A DNA stretch of 53,606 nucleotides from a virus. Taxonomy: Duplodnaviria > Caudoviricetes. Made by a program: the position numbers and the translations under genes. The DNA lies in the IMG/VR virus record IMGVR_UViG_3300017971_002684, positions 1 through 53,606 of that record; one strand, written 5' to 3'. Position 1 is the first letter of the stretch. Every line of letters begins with the position of its first letter. Positions 1 through 10,118 of this stretch are shown here, one piece after another. The notes under the pieces are model-generated. The model did not search any database. It had not been told where the DNA came from and saw nothing but the letters and a program-made list of their open reading frames with translations.

Positions 1-2577
1 CCGGGCATAGAGGTCTATGACCGGCAGGGGCTCATGGTTTTCACTCCAGGCGGCGGCAACACTACCGGCATTTTGTCCGGGCGCGTGAGCACGCGGCTTG
101 TGGGCTCTCCGGTGGGTTCTCCTCTCCCAGACTATGGCATTTGGCTTGGTATTCAGGTTCTTGGCTCCCCAACGGACTATGTGTTTGTGGGCTACGTCAA
201 CACCACAGGCCACCCAGCCCGCATTGTGCATGGTGAGGTGATTGCCGGCGTTGTGACCATCCATGCCTTTGTCCCTGTGCCTCCCACAACGCAAGAGGCA
301 GAGGTTGCCATCAACTATGATTCTGTGGGCTTGACCAGCACTGCCTACGTTAGCTTTTCCCCCATTGCAGAGGACTATACAGGACCGTCCTGGAGCCCCA
401 TTGGACCACCTGTGGCGCTGGGACCAGCTTGGGCAGGGGTTCCGCCTGCCGTCCCCCGCATCCATGCCACATTCCCCGCCGGAGCCTCTCCAGATGACCC
501 CCACAACATCAGTGATGTGAGGGTGGAAGTGGGCGGCGGCACATGGGAGGGAGAGGAGCAGGCGTCTTGGTTCCTGGAGACGCTGGACGGGACCAACCCG
601 GATGAGTTGGCAGGGCTTGGTGACGTGTGCCCAGATGAACTGCTTGTGTGCTGGGAGCGTGATGGGACCGGGGCTTGCCACATCACCCTTGTAGACACAG
701 ATGACCCGGCAGACCCCAAGATGTGGCGGCGGTGGAAAAACTATGGGATCTGGAAGGACTGGCAGCGCGGCGCACAGCCGCTCTGGAGCCCTGGCTGGCT
801 GGATGCTGATGAGGGATTGATTGCCATCACGCGCAACACACGCGGGCACCTGACAGGCGCGGCTCCGGGAGATGAGCAAGGGGAGATTTGGGTCTTGTCC
901 TTGCGCTGGGACCGCACCATTGTCTTCACGGTGGACGGTCTTGGGGGCTACATTGCCCTGTTTGACCAGACCACCGGGCGCGTGCTCAGGGACGTGGGAT
1001 CGTGGGGATCACGGCGCTGGTTCAACCATGAAACCTTTCAGCCACAACACCCCTATGATGGGCGCTACTCCCCCACCTCCGTCTTTGTAGGCACGCTGAA
1101 CAACCGCATTTCAGAGGACGCAGCGCCAGCCCTCACCTATGATGTGAAGGTGGGCAGGGGGGATGATGGTGAACTGTATCTTGGCTATGGGATTCAAGCC
1201 ATTCCAGCCTCCTGGCCTGGTCCAGGCAACTACTATGCTGGTGTGATCCGCATGGAGCAGGGCAACACCCCGGCAGCTTTCCCCCGGTGGATGCTACGCA
1301 AAAATGACTCCGGCTTCAACATCTGGGATGAGTCAGATGAGGCGTGGGTTGTGGTGGGGCTCTCCTATGCGCGGGCGATCTGGTGGTTGCAGGCGCGTGA
1401 GGATGGAGCCTTTGGACAGATTGAGGGAGTGCTTTGCCGCAAGGATTTCACTGGGCTGGCGGCGGACAACTTGATCACGGCTCCCTACACAGAGGACACT
1501 GCTTGGAACGCCACGGACCAGTTTGGCGGCATGGGGTTCAATCTGCACCTGATGGACTCCAGCCCGGTTGGGGATGACGTTGTGCTGGTCACTTCCGGCT
1601 TCTTTGCAAACAGCCACTTGACGGCTCTATGGTACAACAAGACAACGCCTGCCATCTCTGTGATCAAGACCTTTGCGCCACCCCGCTCACTGGAGCAGGT
1701 GGGACACAACTTGAGGACCATCCCCACAGCTCAAGAGTACCCCCGGTGGTTCCACTACCTTCTGGCTGAGACAGAAGACGCCAGAAAGCTGTGCAGGATA
1801 GCCGGGAGCGGAGCCCAAGGGGCAGACTCCCAGTTGACTGTCTTGGGTGGCTTTTGGCTTGCCTACGGGCAGTGGACGGGGCTTGTAGAGCAGGGCTCCA
1901 ACCACACCATTTTGCGGGGAGCAGTGATTGACCGGGATGACTTCACGTTGACGGTCCAGGGGCGCATTGTTCCCCCCTTCAAAGCAGGCTATGGGTTCTC
2001 TGCTTTCAGCAACATGCAGGCGTCCCAACGGTTCTCCTATGAGATAGGCGTGATTGGAGAAAAGCGCACGGGTGCAGTGATCCGCATCCTGTTCACTGGG
2101 GCAACATCCATCCAGATCGCCGGAGCCATTATCTTTTTGGATGGCAGCGGCTTGCAGTCAACGGTCAATGTGGTGACAGCGCCCACGCAACTGCTTCAGC
2201 TTGGCGGGGATCTGCGGTTCAGGATCACGCGCACAGCCAACACCATCACCCTCTACTACTTTGACCCAGGGCTGTCCACATGGGTCCAGCTTGCCCAAAA
2301 AATTGCATCCCGCATCCCTCTAGTGCCCTACATGGCAGTGACCCTTGAGGATGTGGTTGGTGGCCTTGCATGTGGCATGGGAATTGAGGTAGAAAAGTTG
2401 GAGTTGACAGGGACGGCACAGCACTTCTCCAGACCCGTTGATTTTGCCACTCTGCCCTCTCAGATGGCGGGCGTGGGTGGCGGAGCGGTTTTCCGGGAAG
2501 CCATCCCCACAGACCTTGCAGGCAGCTTGGTGGCTTCTGACACCTGGCTTTTCCCCGGACTGATGCCCAGACCGTAG
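1..2577 (+). CDS. Large putative virion structural protein, probably 5'-truncated
   Basis: Frame is open from base 1 to TAG at 2577 (track starts at ATG 34). Beta-rich G/W/P composition; lies in a structural cluster. No diagnostic motif. Confidence 0.6.
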   Translation, partial: PGIEVYDRQGLMVFTPGGGNTTGILSGRVSTRLVGSPVGSPLPDYGIWLGIQVLGSPTDYVFVGYVNTTGHPARIVHGEVIAGVVTIHAFVPVPPTTQEAEVAINYDSVGLTSTAYVSFSPIAEDYTGPSWSPIGPPVALGPAWAGVPPAVPRIHATFPAGASPDDPHNISDVRVEVGGGTWEGEEQASWFLETLDGTNPDELAGLGDVCPDELLVCWERDGTGACHITLVDTDDPADPKMWRRWKNYGIWKDWQRGAQPLWSPGWLDADEGLIAITRNTRGHLTGAAPGDEQGEIWVLSLRWDRTIVFTVDGLGGYIALFDQTTGRVLRDVGSWGSRRWFNHETFQPQHPYDGRYSPTSVFVGTLNNRISEDAAPALTYDVKVGRGDDGELYLGYGIQAIPASWPGPGNYYAGVIRMEQGNTPAAFPRWMLRKNDSGFNIWDESDEAWVVVGLSYARAIWWLQAREDGAFGQIEGVLCRKDFTGLAADNLITAPYTEDTAWNATDQFGGMGFNLHLMDSSPVGDDVVLVTSGFFANSHLTALWYNKTTPAISVIKTFAPPRSLEQVGHNLRTIPTAQEYPRWFHYLLAETEDARKLCRIAGSGAQGADSQLTVLGGFWLAYGQWTGLVEQGSNHTILRGAVIDRDDFTLTVQGRIVPPFKAGYGFSAFSNMQASQRFSYEIGVIGEKRTGAVIRILFTGATSIQIAGAIIFLDGSGLQSTVNVVTAPTQLLQLGGDLRFRITRTANTITLYYFDPGLSTWVQLAQKIASRIPLVPYMAVTLEDVVGGLACGMGIEVEKLELTGTAQHFSRPVDFATLPSQMAGVGGGAVFREAIPTDLAGSLVASDTWLFPGLMPRP

Positions 2578-2594
2578 CTATTAGGAGCTAATAA
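2578..2594. promoter_or_regulatory. Palindromic motif copy (no upstream box)
   Basis: CTATTAG-GAG-CTAATAA. Confidence 0.8.
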
Positions 2595-2595
2595 C

Positions 2596-3189
2596 ATGCT
2601 CATCACAGACACCTTCCCCGCGCCCACCTTGGATGACGCCAAGTGGAGTGACCAGCAGACGGGCTCCGTGGGCTTGGTGATAGGCTCCCCCTCAGATGGT
2701 GTCTACCCCCAGAATGTGGATGATGACGGTGATGAGGTGGTGGTCTTGTCAGAGGGCAAAATCTCCGTGCCGGCGGGGCAGAGTTTTGACCAGAGCATCT
2801 TCTATGAAAATGTCTACACAGACCCAGACCAGTCCATTGTCCTGTTCCTGGGGTGGCGCACCTATCAGCAAGCCCCTTCAGGGAACCCTGCTTTTGGCAT
2901 AGACGCCTCTTTGGCAGTTCTCCCTGGTCCAGCCTACTACTTCCAAAAAAGGACGTTTGAGAGCGACACAGAGACGCGGGACAACATCATTGAAGATGAA
3001 CTGGAAGGGGCAGATGGTGGGTTCCGCATGGAGCGCATTGGCAGCAACTACTCCCTCTACAGGCACAACGGAGATGACTGGGAACTTCTCCAGACGGTCC
3101 ACTTCCCCCACACAGACACAGGCTATGTGATCTTTGGCGTCTTTGCCGTCAACCCCGTGCTGTCCTTCCCTTGGGTTTTGCAAACATGA
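2596..3189 (+). CDS. Hypothetical beta-rich (lectin/LamG-like?) virion protein
   Basis: 197-aa ORF; AGGAG RBS lies inside the upstream palindrome. Fold is a guess. Confidence 0.6.
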   Translation: MLITDTFPAPTLDDAKWSDQQTGSVGLVIGSPSDGVYPQNVDDDGDEVVVLSEGKISVPAGQSFDQSIFYENVYTDPDQSIVLFLGWRTYQQAPSGNPAFGIDASLAVLPGPAYYFQKRTFESDTETRDNIIEDELEGADGGFRMERIGSNYSLYRHNGDDWELLQTVHFPHTDTGYVIFGVFAVNPVLSFPWVLQT

Positions 3190-3203
3190 TGTAGGAGGCT
3201 GAG

Positions 3204-4004
3204 ATGGCTACGGAAATCTATGTGTTGCATCCAGGCGTGGGGCAGAACCGTGCGGGGGAGGGTGCAACGCTGCGGGCGGAAGAGGGCACCTCTTTCAAGT
3301 ACATGATGCAGGAGTTCCCGCCCTCTGCGGACAAGGAAACAGACCTGCACGGTGTTGTGGTCCCGCCCAACCTGCTCACAGGCGTCTCTGACAAGGTGCT
3401 GTTCCGGGCTGTCTTCAGGCAGGTCACAGCAGGCTCAGGAAACACCAACATCACGCTCAAGTGGCAGAACATAGCCCCACCAGATGGACGCCACACAGCT
3501 ACACCCAGCCCTGGAGCAGACTCCCCCCAGACATGGGCAGCGCCGGGGGCAGATGATGAAGAGGCGGTGGAGTTTGAGGAGAACGCCTCCCTGTTTGCTA
3601 CGGGGGAGGAACTGCTCTTGCAGGTGGGGCGTGAGGTGGCAGGCCAGACCTTTGCGGGCACCATTGCCCTGGTCCGGATAGACATTGAATTTCCCATTGT
3701 TGGAGGCGGGGGCGCGGGCTTGTGGACGGACGGGGGCGCTCACATCTACCCGTCCGCAGGCGCGGGCAAAGAGGTGTCCGTGGGCAAGATCACCGCACCA
3801 ACGGCTCCAGGCGCGATCATGGAGGTGGCTGGCGGGCACTTGCAGGTGGGTGGCACATGGAACGGACCCCACTTCATCATGGGCACACCACCAAATGACT
3901 GGCACTTCTGGATTGACCCCAACGTGGGGACCGGCGTGCTGCGGACAAAAAAGACTGCGCCCCTCAGTGTTTCTGATGGAGACATTGTTGGTTCCCAAAG
4001 CTGA
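3204..4004 (+). CDS. Putative tail-fibre-associated protein
   Basis: 266 aa, AGGAGG RBS. GGGG linker then a 'LWTDGG..IY' segment typical of fibre modules; ends in GSQS like the next gene. Confidence 0.55.
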   Translation: MATEIYVLHPGVGQNRAGEGATLRAEEGTSFKYMMQEFPPSADKETDLHGVVVPPNLLTGVSDKVLFRAVFRQVTAGSGNTNITLKWQNIAPPDGRHTATPSPGADSPQTWAAPGADDEEAVEFEENASLFATGEELLLQVGREVAGQTFAGTIALVRIDIEFPIVGGGGAGLWTDGGAHIYPSAGAGKEVSVGKITAPTAPGAIMEVAGGHLQVGGTWNGPHFIMGTPPNDWHFWIDPNVGTGVLRTKKTAPLSVSDGDIVGSQS

Positions 4005-4067
4005 GGTTGACAACACACCCTTCCCAGTGGCATTATCCAGTCAGGGAAAACACATCACATCCCATCC

Positions 4068-4091
4068 GTTCTGTTCTGTTCTGTTCTGTTC
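4068..4091. repeat. (GTTCT)x4.8 pentamer tandem repeat
   Basis: gttctgttctgttctgttctgttc read directly in the intergenic gap. Confidence 0.9.
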
Positions 4092-4134
4092 ATTGGAAAA
4101 AATCCTCTATCCTTGCTAGCAGGAGGAAATACTC

Positions 4135-7100
4135 ATGTCTGATTTTCTTGGAATGGGCGCCTATGCAGGCCAGACACAGTACACGGTGAGTGACCCGTAC
4201 TATTCTGGTGATCCCGGTGCCTACAATCACGGTCAAATTGCTACAGACCAAGCGCACACCGTCCATTACGGTGACGCCAACCTCCACATGGGCGCTATTG
4301 ACTCAGACCAAGCAAGCGGAACGCTCCTGATTGGTGTGGTCAACGCTGGTGCTATCCAGTTTGGCGGTGGCTCCACAACCCTTGTCTTTGCCGGTGACAT
4401 GACCGTTTCAGGCAACCTGACAGTCCAGGGCTCATCCATCACCTCCCAAGTGGAGGAAGTGGTTGTCTCTGACAATCACTTTTTCATGAACTGGGACTAC
4501 TTGGGGCTTGTGGCGGAAACAGGCGGTATGGTGGTCAACTACCTTGCCACTTCAGACCAGTCCACAGTTGTTGCTATGCCTGCGGAAGTGACGCTCACTG
4601 GAACGGTGTCCGGCACGGTGGGAACTGCGGCGATCACAGGCGTTGGCACAGCATTCACCACAGAGTACACGGTTGGTGACTGGATGGTCATTGACACAGC
4701 CGGTGACGGCAACGGGCGTGAAGCCCACATCATCCAGACCATCACGGACAACACCAACATTGTGCTTGCCTCCAACCTGTACGCCACGCACGCAGGAGAG
4801 ACGCACTCCCGCAACGTGGTCCCCGGTGGTGGGTTCATCCCTGCCGGACTGGACAACGCCTACTGTGCTCTGGACCCTAATGACTCTGAAACCTTCACCT
4901 ACTCCGCCACGGACCTTGTGGCTGTCTCCTACGCCCAGCAGTCCACCAACAACGGCTTGTATGAGGTGTTGAGCCAGACCGTTGTTGAGCTCACGCGCAC
5001 AGGCACGTTGAGCATCACCTCCGGCACGGATGCGATCACAGGCGTTGGTACAGCGTTCACCTCTGAATATCAGGAAGACGGCTGGATTGTCTTGGACGCA
5101 GATGGCGGCGGCAACGGGCGTGAGATTCACCAGATCGCTACCATCACCAATGACACCTCCATGACCCTCTATACCAACGCAACCAACAACCATGCGACAG
5201 AGGATCACTCTGAAATTTCCTCCACCTTGCAGGTCAAGGGTGTTGGGCAGACCTCCACCGTTGAGGACTTCACGGACACTGATTTTGTTGAGGAAGACGG
5301 TGTGGCGCCTGGTGGTATTCCCTTGATCGGACATGTGAATGTGTCCGTCTTGCGGGCAGGCACAGACGGGATTTGGGAGACGGGCATTGGCAACCAGACA
5401 GCCCTGTCTTTTTCCGATCTGGCCTCAGCTACGGGGATCACCCTCAACTCTGTCTACCAAAACAACGGCAACACCGTTCTCTTGGATGACGGCTCTGGCA
5501 CCATTGTCTACCGGGACAACGGGATCACCTCTCTGTACGCCACCCAGTATGAGAACACCGTCAAGGCCACCTTTGGCACGGACAACAATGACGGGCAGAT
5601 CCACTTCACCCCGGCGGGCAGCTTTTACGTTGAAACCCTTGCTCATGACGGGACGCTGGATGAGGGCTCCAAAGACCTGCACGTCCGCACGGGAGTAGTG
5701 ACCAACCCTGGCAGTAGCGCCTCTGGCTCTCTCACCATGAACACGGGTTCTGTAGGGACGGATGGAACGTCTTCCGGCGGCGTGCTCATCTACTCCGGGC
5801 TTTGTGATGGGTCTTCCCAGTCCGGCAATGTGGAAGTGTACTCTGGCAACCAACCCCAAGACAGTGTGGCGGCTTCTGGCTACATCAAACTTTACACAGG
5901 CACCTGTCAGAACGGTGACTCCGGCGTGGCTGAACTGTACTCTGGCAACGTGACGGACGGGGGCGGTTCTGCTGACTCTGGTGACATTTCTGTCTACTCT
6001 GGCACGGTCCAGGGCGGTGAGTCTGGCACGGTTGACATCTACACAGGCAATGCCTCCAACGTAGGCACCTCTGGCGCAATGACCCTGAAGACCGGGACCA
6101 CAACGGTTGGCGGCACCACGGGCAACATTGACATCTACACGGGTGACGGTGTGTCTGGGATCACGGGTAACGTGAGCATCCGCACCGGCTCCGCCTCTGG
6201 TGCAGCCAACACTGGCGATCTGTTCCTCTACACGGGCTCTGGGACCACCCCGGCGGCTGATGGTGACGCCTATCTAGAAGCCTACAACATCTACATTGGC
6301 AAAGCCAACAACCGGCTTGCTGCGGCGCTGAACAGTATTCAGATCGGAAATGACAACGCCACGGCTCCTTCTGTGACCATCTATGGACCGGACAACACTG
6401 CTGCCGCCATCACCATTGCAGAGGGTGGCGGGACCACCTACATGGTCTTTGATACCACGGACGCCAGTGAGCAGATTGAGATTGAGCAGAACACCCGCAT
6501 GGTGGACAACAAGCGGTTCTATGTTGGCACGGATCTTGACGGGTTCTGGTACACGGACAACGCCACCGCCTACTTTGCCACCAAAGCTGTGGACAGCACC
6601 AACTCCATGCCCATCTCTTCCATCACAGGCAACACCACCACCAGTGGCAACTCTGGAGCCTACACGGTTGCATCCGGCAACGCTGCAACGGCTTCTGGCG
6701 CAGTGAGTCTCTATTCTGGGACAGCTTCGGGTGGCCTGAGTGGCGCTGCCACCCTCTACACGGGCACGGGCACCACGGGCACCGGGTTGATCAACATCTA
6801 TTCTGGCAATGCTTCTGCAGGACCCAGTGGTGCGGCAACCCTGGCAACCGGCTCTGGTACAACCGGAACCGGTATCATGACCTTGGGTACAGGTAACGCT
6901 TCTGCTGGGACCAGTGGGGCGGCAGTCCTGTCTTCTGGTGGTGGTACTTCAGGGACCGGTTTGGTATCCCTCAGCTCAGGCAATGCCAGCGCGGGTGGCA
7001 GTGGTACAGCGGCGGTCTACTCCGGCAACGCAACGGGCGGCAACTCCGGTGATGTGAGCATCTACTCCGGGACGGCTGCGGGCAACACCTCTGGGGATGT

Positions 7101-7392
7101 CAACATCACATGCAGCGCAACCGCCACCACGCAGGGTGATGTGAACGTTACTGCCAACTCAGTGATCTATGCCCTTGGGGCAACTTCAGACCAGATCGTC
7201 CTGGACGCCGGCACCAACGGCTTTGTGCTGGAGTGGGAAGATGTATCAGCCAATGACCCCAACACGGACGCCCGCGTGAAGGACGCTGGCTCCATTCTCA
7301 TCTGGCGGAACGACGGCTCACGCGGTGTCTCTGTGTGGGTCAACACGGACGGCACAGGCACCGGCTGGGTCTTGATCGGGAGCCAGTCCTGA
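4135..7392 (+). CDS. Tail-fibre-like repetitive protein (G/T/S-rich)
   Basis: 1085 aa, AGGAGG RBS. Duplicated ~56-aa module (AITGVGTAFT.EY...NGRE.H.I.TIT) and many ~14-15-aa SGxVxxYSG/TG repeats. Confidence 0.7.
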   Translation: MSDFLGMGAYAGQTQYTVSDPYYSGDPGAYNHGQIATDQAHTVHYGDANLHMGAIDSDQASGTLLIGVVNAGAIQFGGGSTTLVFAGDMTVSGNLTVQGSSITSQVEEVVVSDNHFFMNWDYLGLVAETGGMVVNYLATSDQSTVVAMPAEVTLTGTVSGTVGTAAITGVGTAFTTEYTVGDWMVIDTAGDGNGREAHIIQTITDNTNIVLASNLYATHAGETHSRNVVPGGGFIPAGLDNAYCALDPNDSETFTYSATDLVAVSYAQQSTNNGLYEVLSQTVVELTRTGTLSITSGTDAITGVGTAFTSEYQEDGWIVLDADGGGNGREIHQIATITNDTSMTLYTNATNNHATEDHSEISSTLQVKGVGQTSTVEDFTDTDFVEEDGVAPGGIPLIGHVNVSVLRAGTDGIWETGIGNQTALSFSDLASATGITLNSVYQNNGNTVLLDDGSGTIVYRDNGITSLYATQYENTVKATFGTDNNDGQIHFTPAGSFYVETLAHDGTLDEGSKDLHVRTGVVTNPGSSASGSLTMNTGSVGTDGTSSGGVLIYSGLCDGSSQSGNVEVYSGNQPQDSVAASGYIKLYTGTCQNGDSGVAELYSGNVTDGGGSADSGDISVYSGTVQGGESGTVDIYTGNASNVGTSGAMTLKTGTTTVGGTTGNIDIYTGDGVSGITGNVSIRTGSASGAANTGDLFLYTGSGTTPAADGDAYLEAYNIYIGKANNRLAAALNSIQIGNDNATAPSVTIYGPDNTAAAITIAEGGGTTYMVFDTTDASEQIEIEQNTRMVDNKRFYVGTDLDGFWYTDNATAYFATKAVDSTNSMPISSITGNTTTSGNSGAYTVASGNAATASGAVSLYSGTASGGLSGAATLYTGTGTTGTGLINIYSGNASAGPSGAATLATGSGTTGTGIMTLGTGNASAGTSGAAVLSSGGGTSGTGLVSLSSGNASAGGSGTAAVYSGNATGGNSGDVSIYSGTAAGNTSGDVNITCSATATTQGDVNVTANSVIYALGATSDQIVLDAGTNGFVLEWEDVSANDPNTDARVKDAGSILIWRNDGSRGVSVWVNTDGTGTGWVLIGSQS

Positions 7393-7395
7393 GCC

Positions 7396-7412
7396 CTATT
7401 AGCAACTAATAA
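7396..7412. promoter_or_regulatory. Palindromic motif copy (no upstream box)
   Basis: CTATTAG-CAA-CTAATAA. Confidence 0.8.
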
Positions 7413-7443
7413 CCCTCCTACCATTCTGCTCCTTTTCCACTGT

Positions 7444-7495
7444 GTGTGGGGGGTGTGGGAACCATCCCCCTCCCCCTACCCCACACCCCCCACAC
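7444..7495. terminator. Strong hairpin (16-bp perfect inverted repeat, 20-nt loop); possible terminator or RNA-processing stem
   Basis: GTGTGGGGGGTGTGGG (7444-7459) pairs with CCCACACCCCCCACAC (7480-7495), downstream of the fibre gene. No classic U-tract. Confidence 0.55.
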
Positions 7496-7516
7496 GCCTC
7501 CTCCTTCACTCAGCAC

Positions 7517-7546
7517 TTGCCCTTTGGGCTGTCTTTCCCCTATAAT
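7517..7546 (+). promoter_or_regulatory. Putative sigma70-type promoter
   Basis: TTGCCC-18 nt-TATAAT upstream of the 7619 gene. Confidence 0.5.
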
Positions 7547-7618
7547 CAGGCTTGTTTTTAGTTCTGTTGACGTTGGAGGGGCTTGCCCTCCACCCTACCC
7601 GCAAAAGGAAACACACAC

Positions 7619-8245
7619 ATGAGCAAGAAAAAGAAGAAACGCAAAGCAGGACAGCAGGCTCCCCCCTCTCCCCAAGACCAGCGCAAAATGGCGGCAATCA
7701 AGCAAAAAAAGGAGTTCATCAAGGGGCTCATGCAAGCCCAGAGCATGGTGGTCTTCACCCCTGGGCAGAACTTCAGCTTTTTTGGCATTCCCAACGAACG
7801 GCTCCTTGAGTTTTTGCTCCGGGAGGTCTATGGCTGGGACGGGCGCAATGTCATGTTCCAGAAGATTCTTGCCAAGCTGGAGGGACCAGCCCAACCGGCA
7901 CCAGACCCCGCAACCAAGGAGCTGGATGACATGCTGGAGGAGGTGGCTGGGGAGTTGGATGAAGATGATGTTGAGGACGCCACAGGCGGCGCTGAGGATG
8001 ATGAAGAGGACGGAGATGACTCAGGGGATGAAGAGGATGAAGAGGACGCTGAGAGTCCCTCTGAGCCCCCTGCAAAAGTGCTCCCCATTGACCCCAAGCA
8101 AGCCCCCCTACCCAAGCCGGTGAAGCCCGCAGGCAACGGTGACGCCCACCCCTCTCCCCAAGAGGAGATTGCCCGCCTTGAGGCGGCGCTGGCAGAGTAC
8201 AAAAAACAAGCGGCAGAGGGCACGCAAGATCCCGCCGCAGAGTGA
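7619..8245 (+). CDS. Hypothetical protein with basic N-terminus and long acidic tract
   Basis: ATG 7619 after AAGGA. Begins MSKKKKKRK; D/E-rich low-complexity middle. Confidence 0.7.
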   Translation: MSKKKKKRKAGQQAPPSPQDQRKMAAIKQKKEFIKGLMQAQSMVVFTPGQNFSFFGIPNERLLEFLLREVYGWDGRNVMFQKILAKLEGPAQPAPDPATKELDDMLEEVAGELDEDDVEDATGGAEDDEEDGDDSGDEEDEEDAESPSEPPAKVLPIDPKQAPLPKPVKPAGNGDAHPSPQEEIARLEAALAEYKKQAAEGTQDPAAE

Positions 8246-8253
8246 GATGACTC

Positions 8254-10086
8254 ATGGCGTTTGTCTTCAAAAACTACTCCCTCACGTTCCCTGGGGCGGG
8301 CGTTGCCACCCCTTTGGACATCACGGTCCATGTGCAAGCCACAGACCGCTACACGGCTCTGAGAGGCGTTGCCCAGTCCGTGGTGGTCCAGATCGCCACC
8401 CCCCAGCTTCTTTTGCTCCCACTGGACTATGACGGCTTTGTGGTGGAGCGTTCTGATGACGGTGGGATCAACTGGTCCCAGGTGTCCGGCGTGGTGCGTG
8501 ACTCCTTCTTTTGGGTGGACGCGCCCGCGCCCGTGGGCACGCTGCGCTACCGCGCCCGGATGCGCGTTGCCGTGGGCACGCTGTCTTCTCCCGGCTCAGA
8601 GGTGGAAGTGGTGGTCAACCAGTGGGGAGACGCAGATGAGATGGGGCTGTCAGAGGTGGACGTTGCCAACGGCAACATCTTGACCCGGCTCCCCAGGGCA
8701 AACGCCTTTCCCGTAGGCTTTGACGGAGAGCCCCACACGGGCATGAGCGTGGCAGAAGGGTCTATGGCTGGGGGGCATGGGGAAGGTGCCTGGTACGTCC
8801 GTTCCAGGGAGTTTGAGCCCCCGCGTGTGTACGGGCACGCCCCCGCCTGTGGCACGCCAGCCGTACCCCTGCCGCTCACGGTCATCACCCTCAAGTTGCA
8901 AGACCTGCCTTACCCCACCGGGGGCTCCGGGATAGATGACACCCAGACGGTCATCTGGCTGGGCGTCACCTCCCAGTCCGGCGGCGCTCTGCTAAAGGTG
9001 CGGGACGGAGCCACCCAACCCAACGCCCCCACCATCACCTGCGCCGTGGTGCCTGGAGTGGACCCCCTGCTGGATAGGGATGTGACCATCACCGTTCCAG
9101 CCGGGTACATCAACCCCCTGGACACCGTGACGGTCAAGGTCTTTGTGGTTGACCTGGATGGCAACGTGACCACGGACCTCTGTGAGTTTGTGATGGAGTA
9201 CAGGGATGATGTCCCGCCGGTCATCAGTGATGAAGACCCGGAGTGCGGCACGGGCGTAGACGCCTCTGACAGCCGCAGGGTGCGCCGGGACACCTCCTTC
9301 TCCTTTGAGGTCACAGACCCGGACACAGGCGTTGACACAAGCACGCTGGACGTGTTCTATGGTCCCTCCTCCTCTGGACCCTGGACCCAGGTGCTCAACA
9401 ACGGCACAACGTGGCTGGGGGGCTTCACGGGCTCCATCATCCCCATCACAGATGGCTATGAGGTGACGGTCAACCGCCCGGTGGCGGACCCCCTCTGGCC
9501 TGCGGACAGCGTGGTCTGCTTCCTGATTCAGGTGGATGACAACCAGGGGAACAGCGCGGAGAAGACCTGTTGCTTCCGCACAGAGGACGTGATCCGCATC
9601 ACCCGGATCGTCCCCATAGCAGAGGACATTCTCTTTGTAGAGTTCAACGTCCCCCTCTCCAACGATCACCCCCTACGCAACGCCCAGAACTATGCCATCA
9701 GCCCCCTGGAGGCGGCGGACCCCGTGACGGTCAAAGAGGTCTTGCCCCATCAGTTTGAAGAGGCTGCGGACCCGGAAAACCCCTTCACGCGCTTGGGCGC
9801 GGGCGATCCGGCGTTCATCTACCTGCACACCACCCCGCAGACCCCGTGGGCAACCTACCAACTCAGCATCACCCCCAACGAGCTACAAGATCGCTACGGG
9901 TTGGATGTGCCCGCCCTGTCAGGGGATTTCCGTGCCAAACGCACCAAAGTTGATGAGCACCGGGACACCCACAACCAGCCCCTTGCCCGTGATGACTCTT
10001 CCCACCGGCGGCTCTTGATCGGGATAGCCCACGCGGATGAGGTGATCGGGGGCAACTTCATCTCAGATGATTTTGAGGAAGAGTGA
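8254..10086 (+). CDS. Putative virion protein with Ig/FN3-like domains
   Basis: 610 aa. 'VVERSDDGG.NW...YRAR' FN3-like segment and repeated P-C-G...D..GVD Ig-like modules. Confidence 0.6.
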   Translation: MAFVFKNYSLTFPGAGVATPLDITVHVQATDRYTALRGVAQSVVVQIATPQLLLLPLDYDGFVVERSDDGGINWSQVSGVVRDSFFWVDAPAPVGTLRYRARMRVAVGTLSSPGSEVEVVVNQWGDADEMGLSEVDVANGNILTRLPRANAFPVGFDGEPHTGMSVAEGSMAGGHGEGAWYVRSREFEPPRVYGHAPACGTPAVPLPLTVITLKLQDLPYPTGGSGIDDTQTVIWLGVTSQSGGALLKVRDGATQPNAPTITCAVVPGVDPLLDRDVTITVPAGYINPLDTVTVKVFVVDLDGNVTTDLCEFVMEYRDDVPPVISDEDPECGTGVDASDSRRVRRDTSFSFEVTDPDTGVDTSTLDVFYGPSSSGPWTQVLNNGTTWLGGFTGSIIPITDGYEVTVNRPVADPLWPADSVVCFLIQVDDNQGNSAEKTCCFRTEDVIRITRIVPIAEDILFVEFNVPLSNDHPLRNAQNYAISPLEAADPVTVKEVLPHQFEEAADPENPFTRLGAGDPAFIYLHTTPQTPWATYQLSITPNELQDRYGLDVPALSGDFRAKRTKVDEHRDTHNQPLARDDSSHRRLLIGIAHADEVIGGNFISDDFEEE

Positions 10087-10088
10087 TT

Positions 10089-10105
10089 TTATTAGCTTCT
10101 AATAG
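10089..10105. promoter_or_regulatory. Palindromic motif copy (no upstream box)
   Basis: TTATTAG-CTT-CTAATAG. Confidence 0.8.
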
Positions 10106-10118
10106 AGGAGAAAGACCC

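Noticed and set aside
4600-5170. Diversity-generating retroelement TR/VR pair in the fibre gene duplication
   Set aside because: Both copies are in-frame internal domains, differences are not adenine-specific, and no reverse transcriptase is present.
10083-10118. N-terminal extensions in the ORF track containing LLASNR/VLGSNR/LLDSNR (also 22116 and 35908 starts)
   Set aside because: These are translations of the non-coding palindrome; RBS positions support the downstream ATGs.
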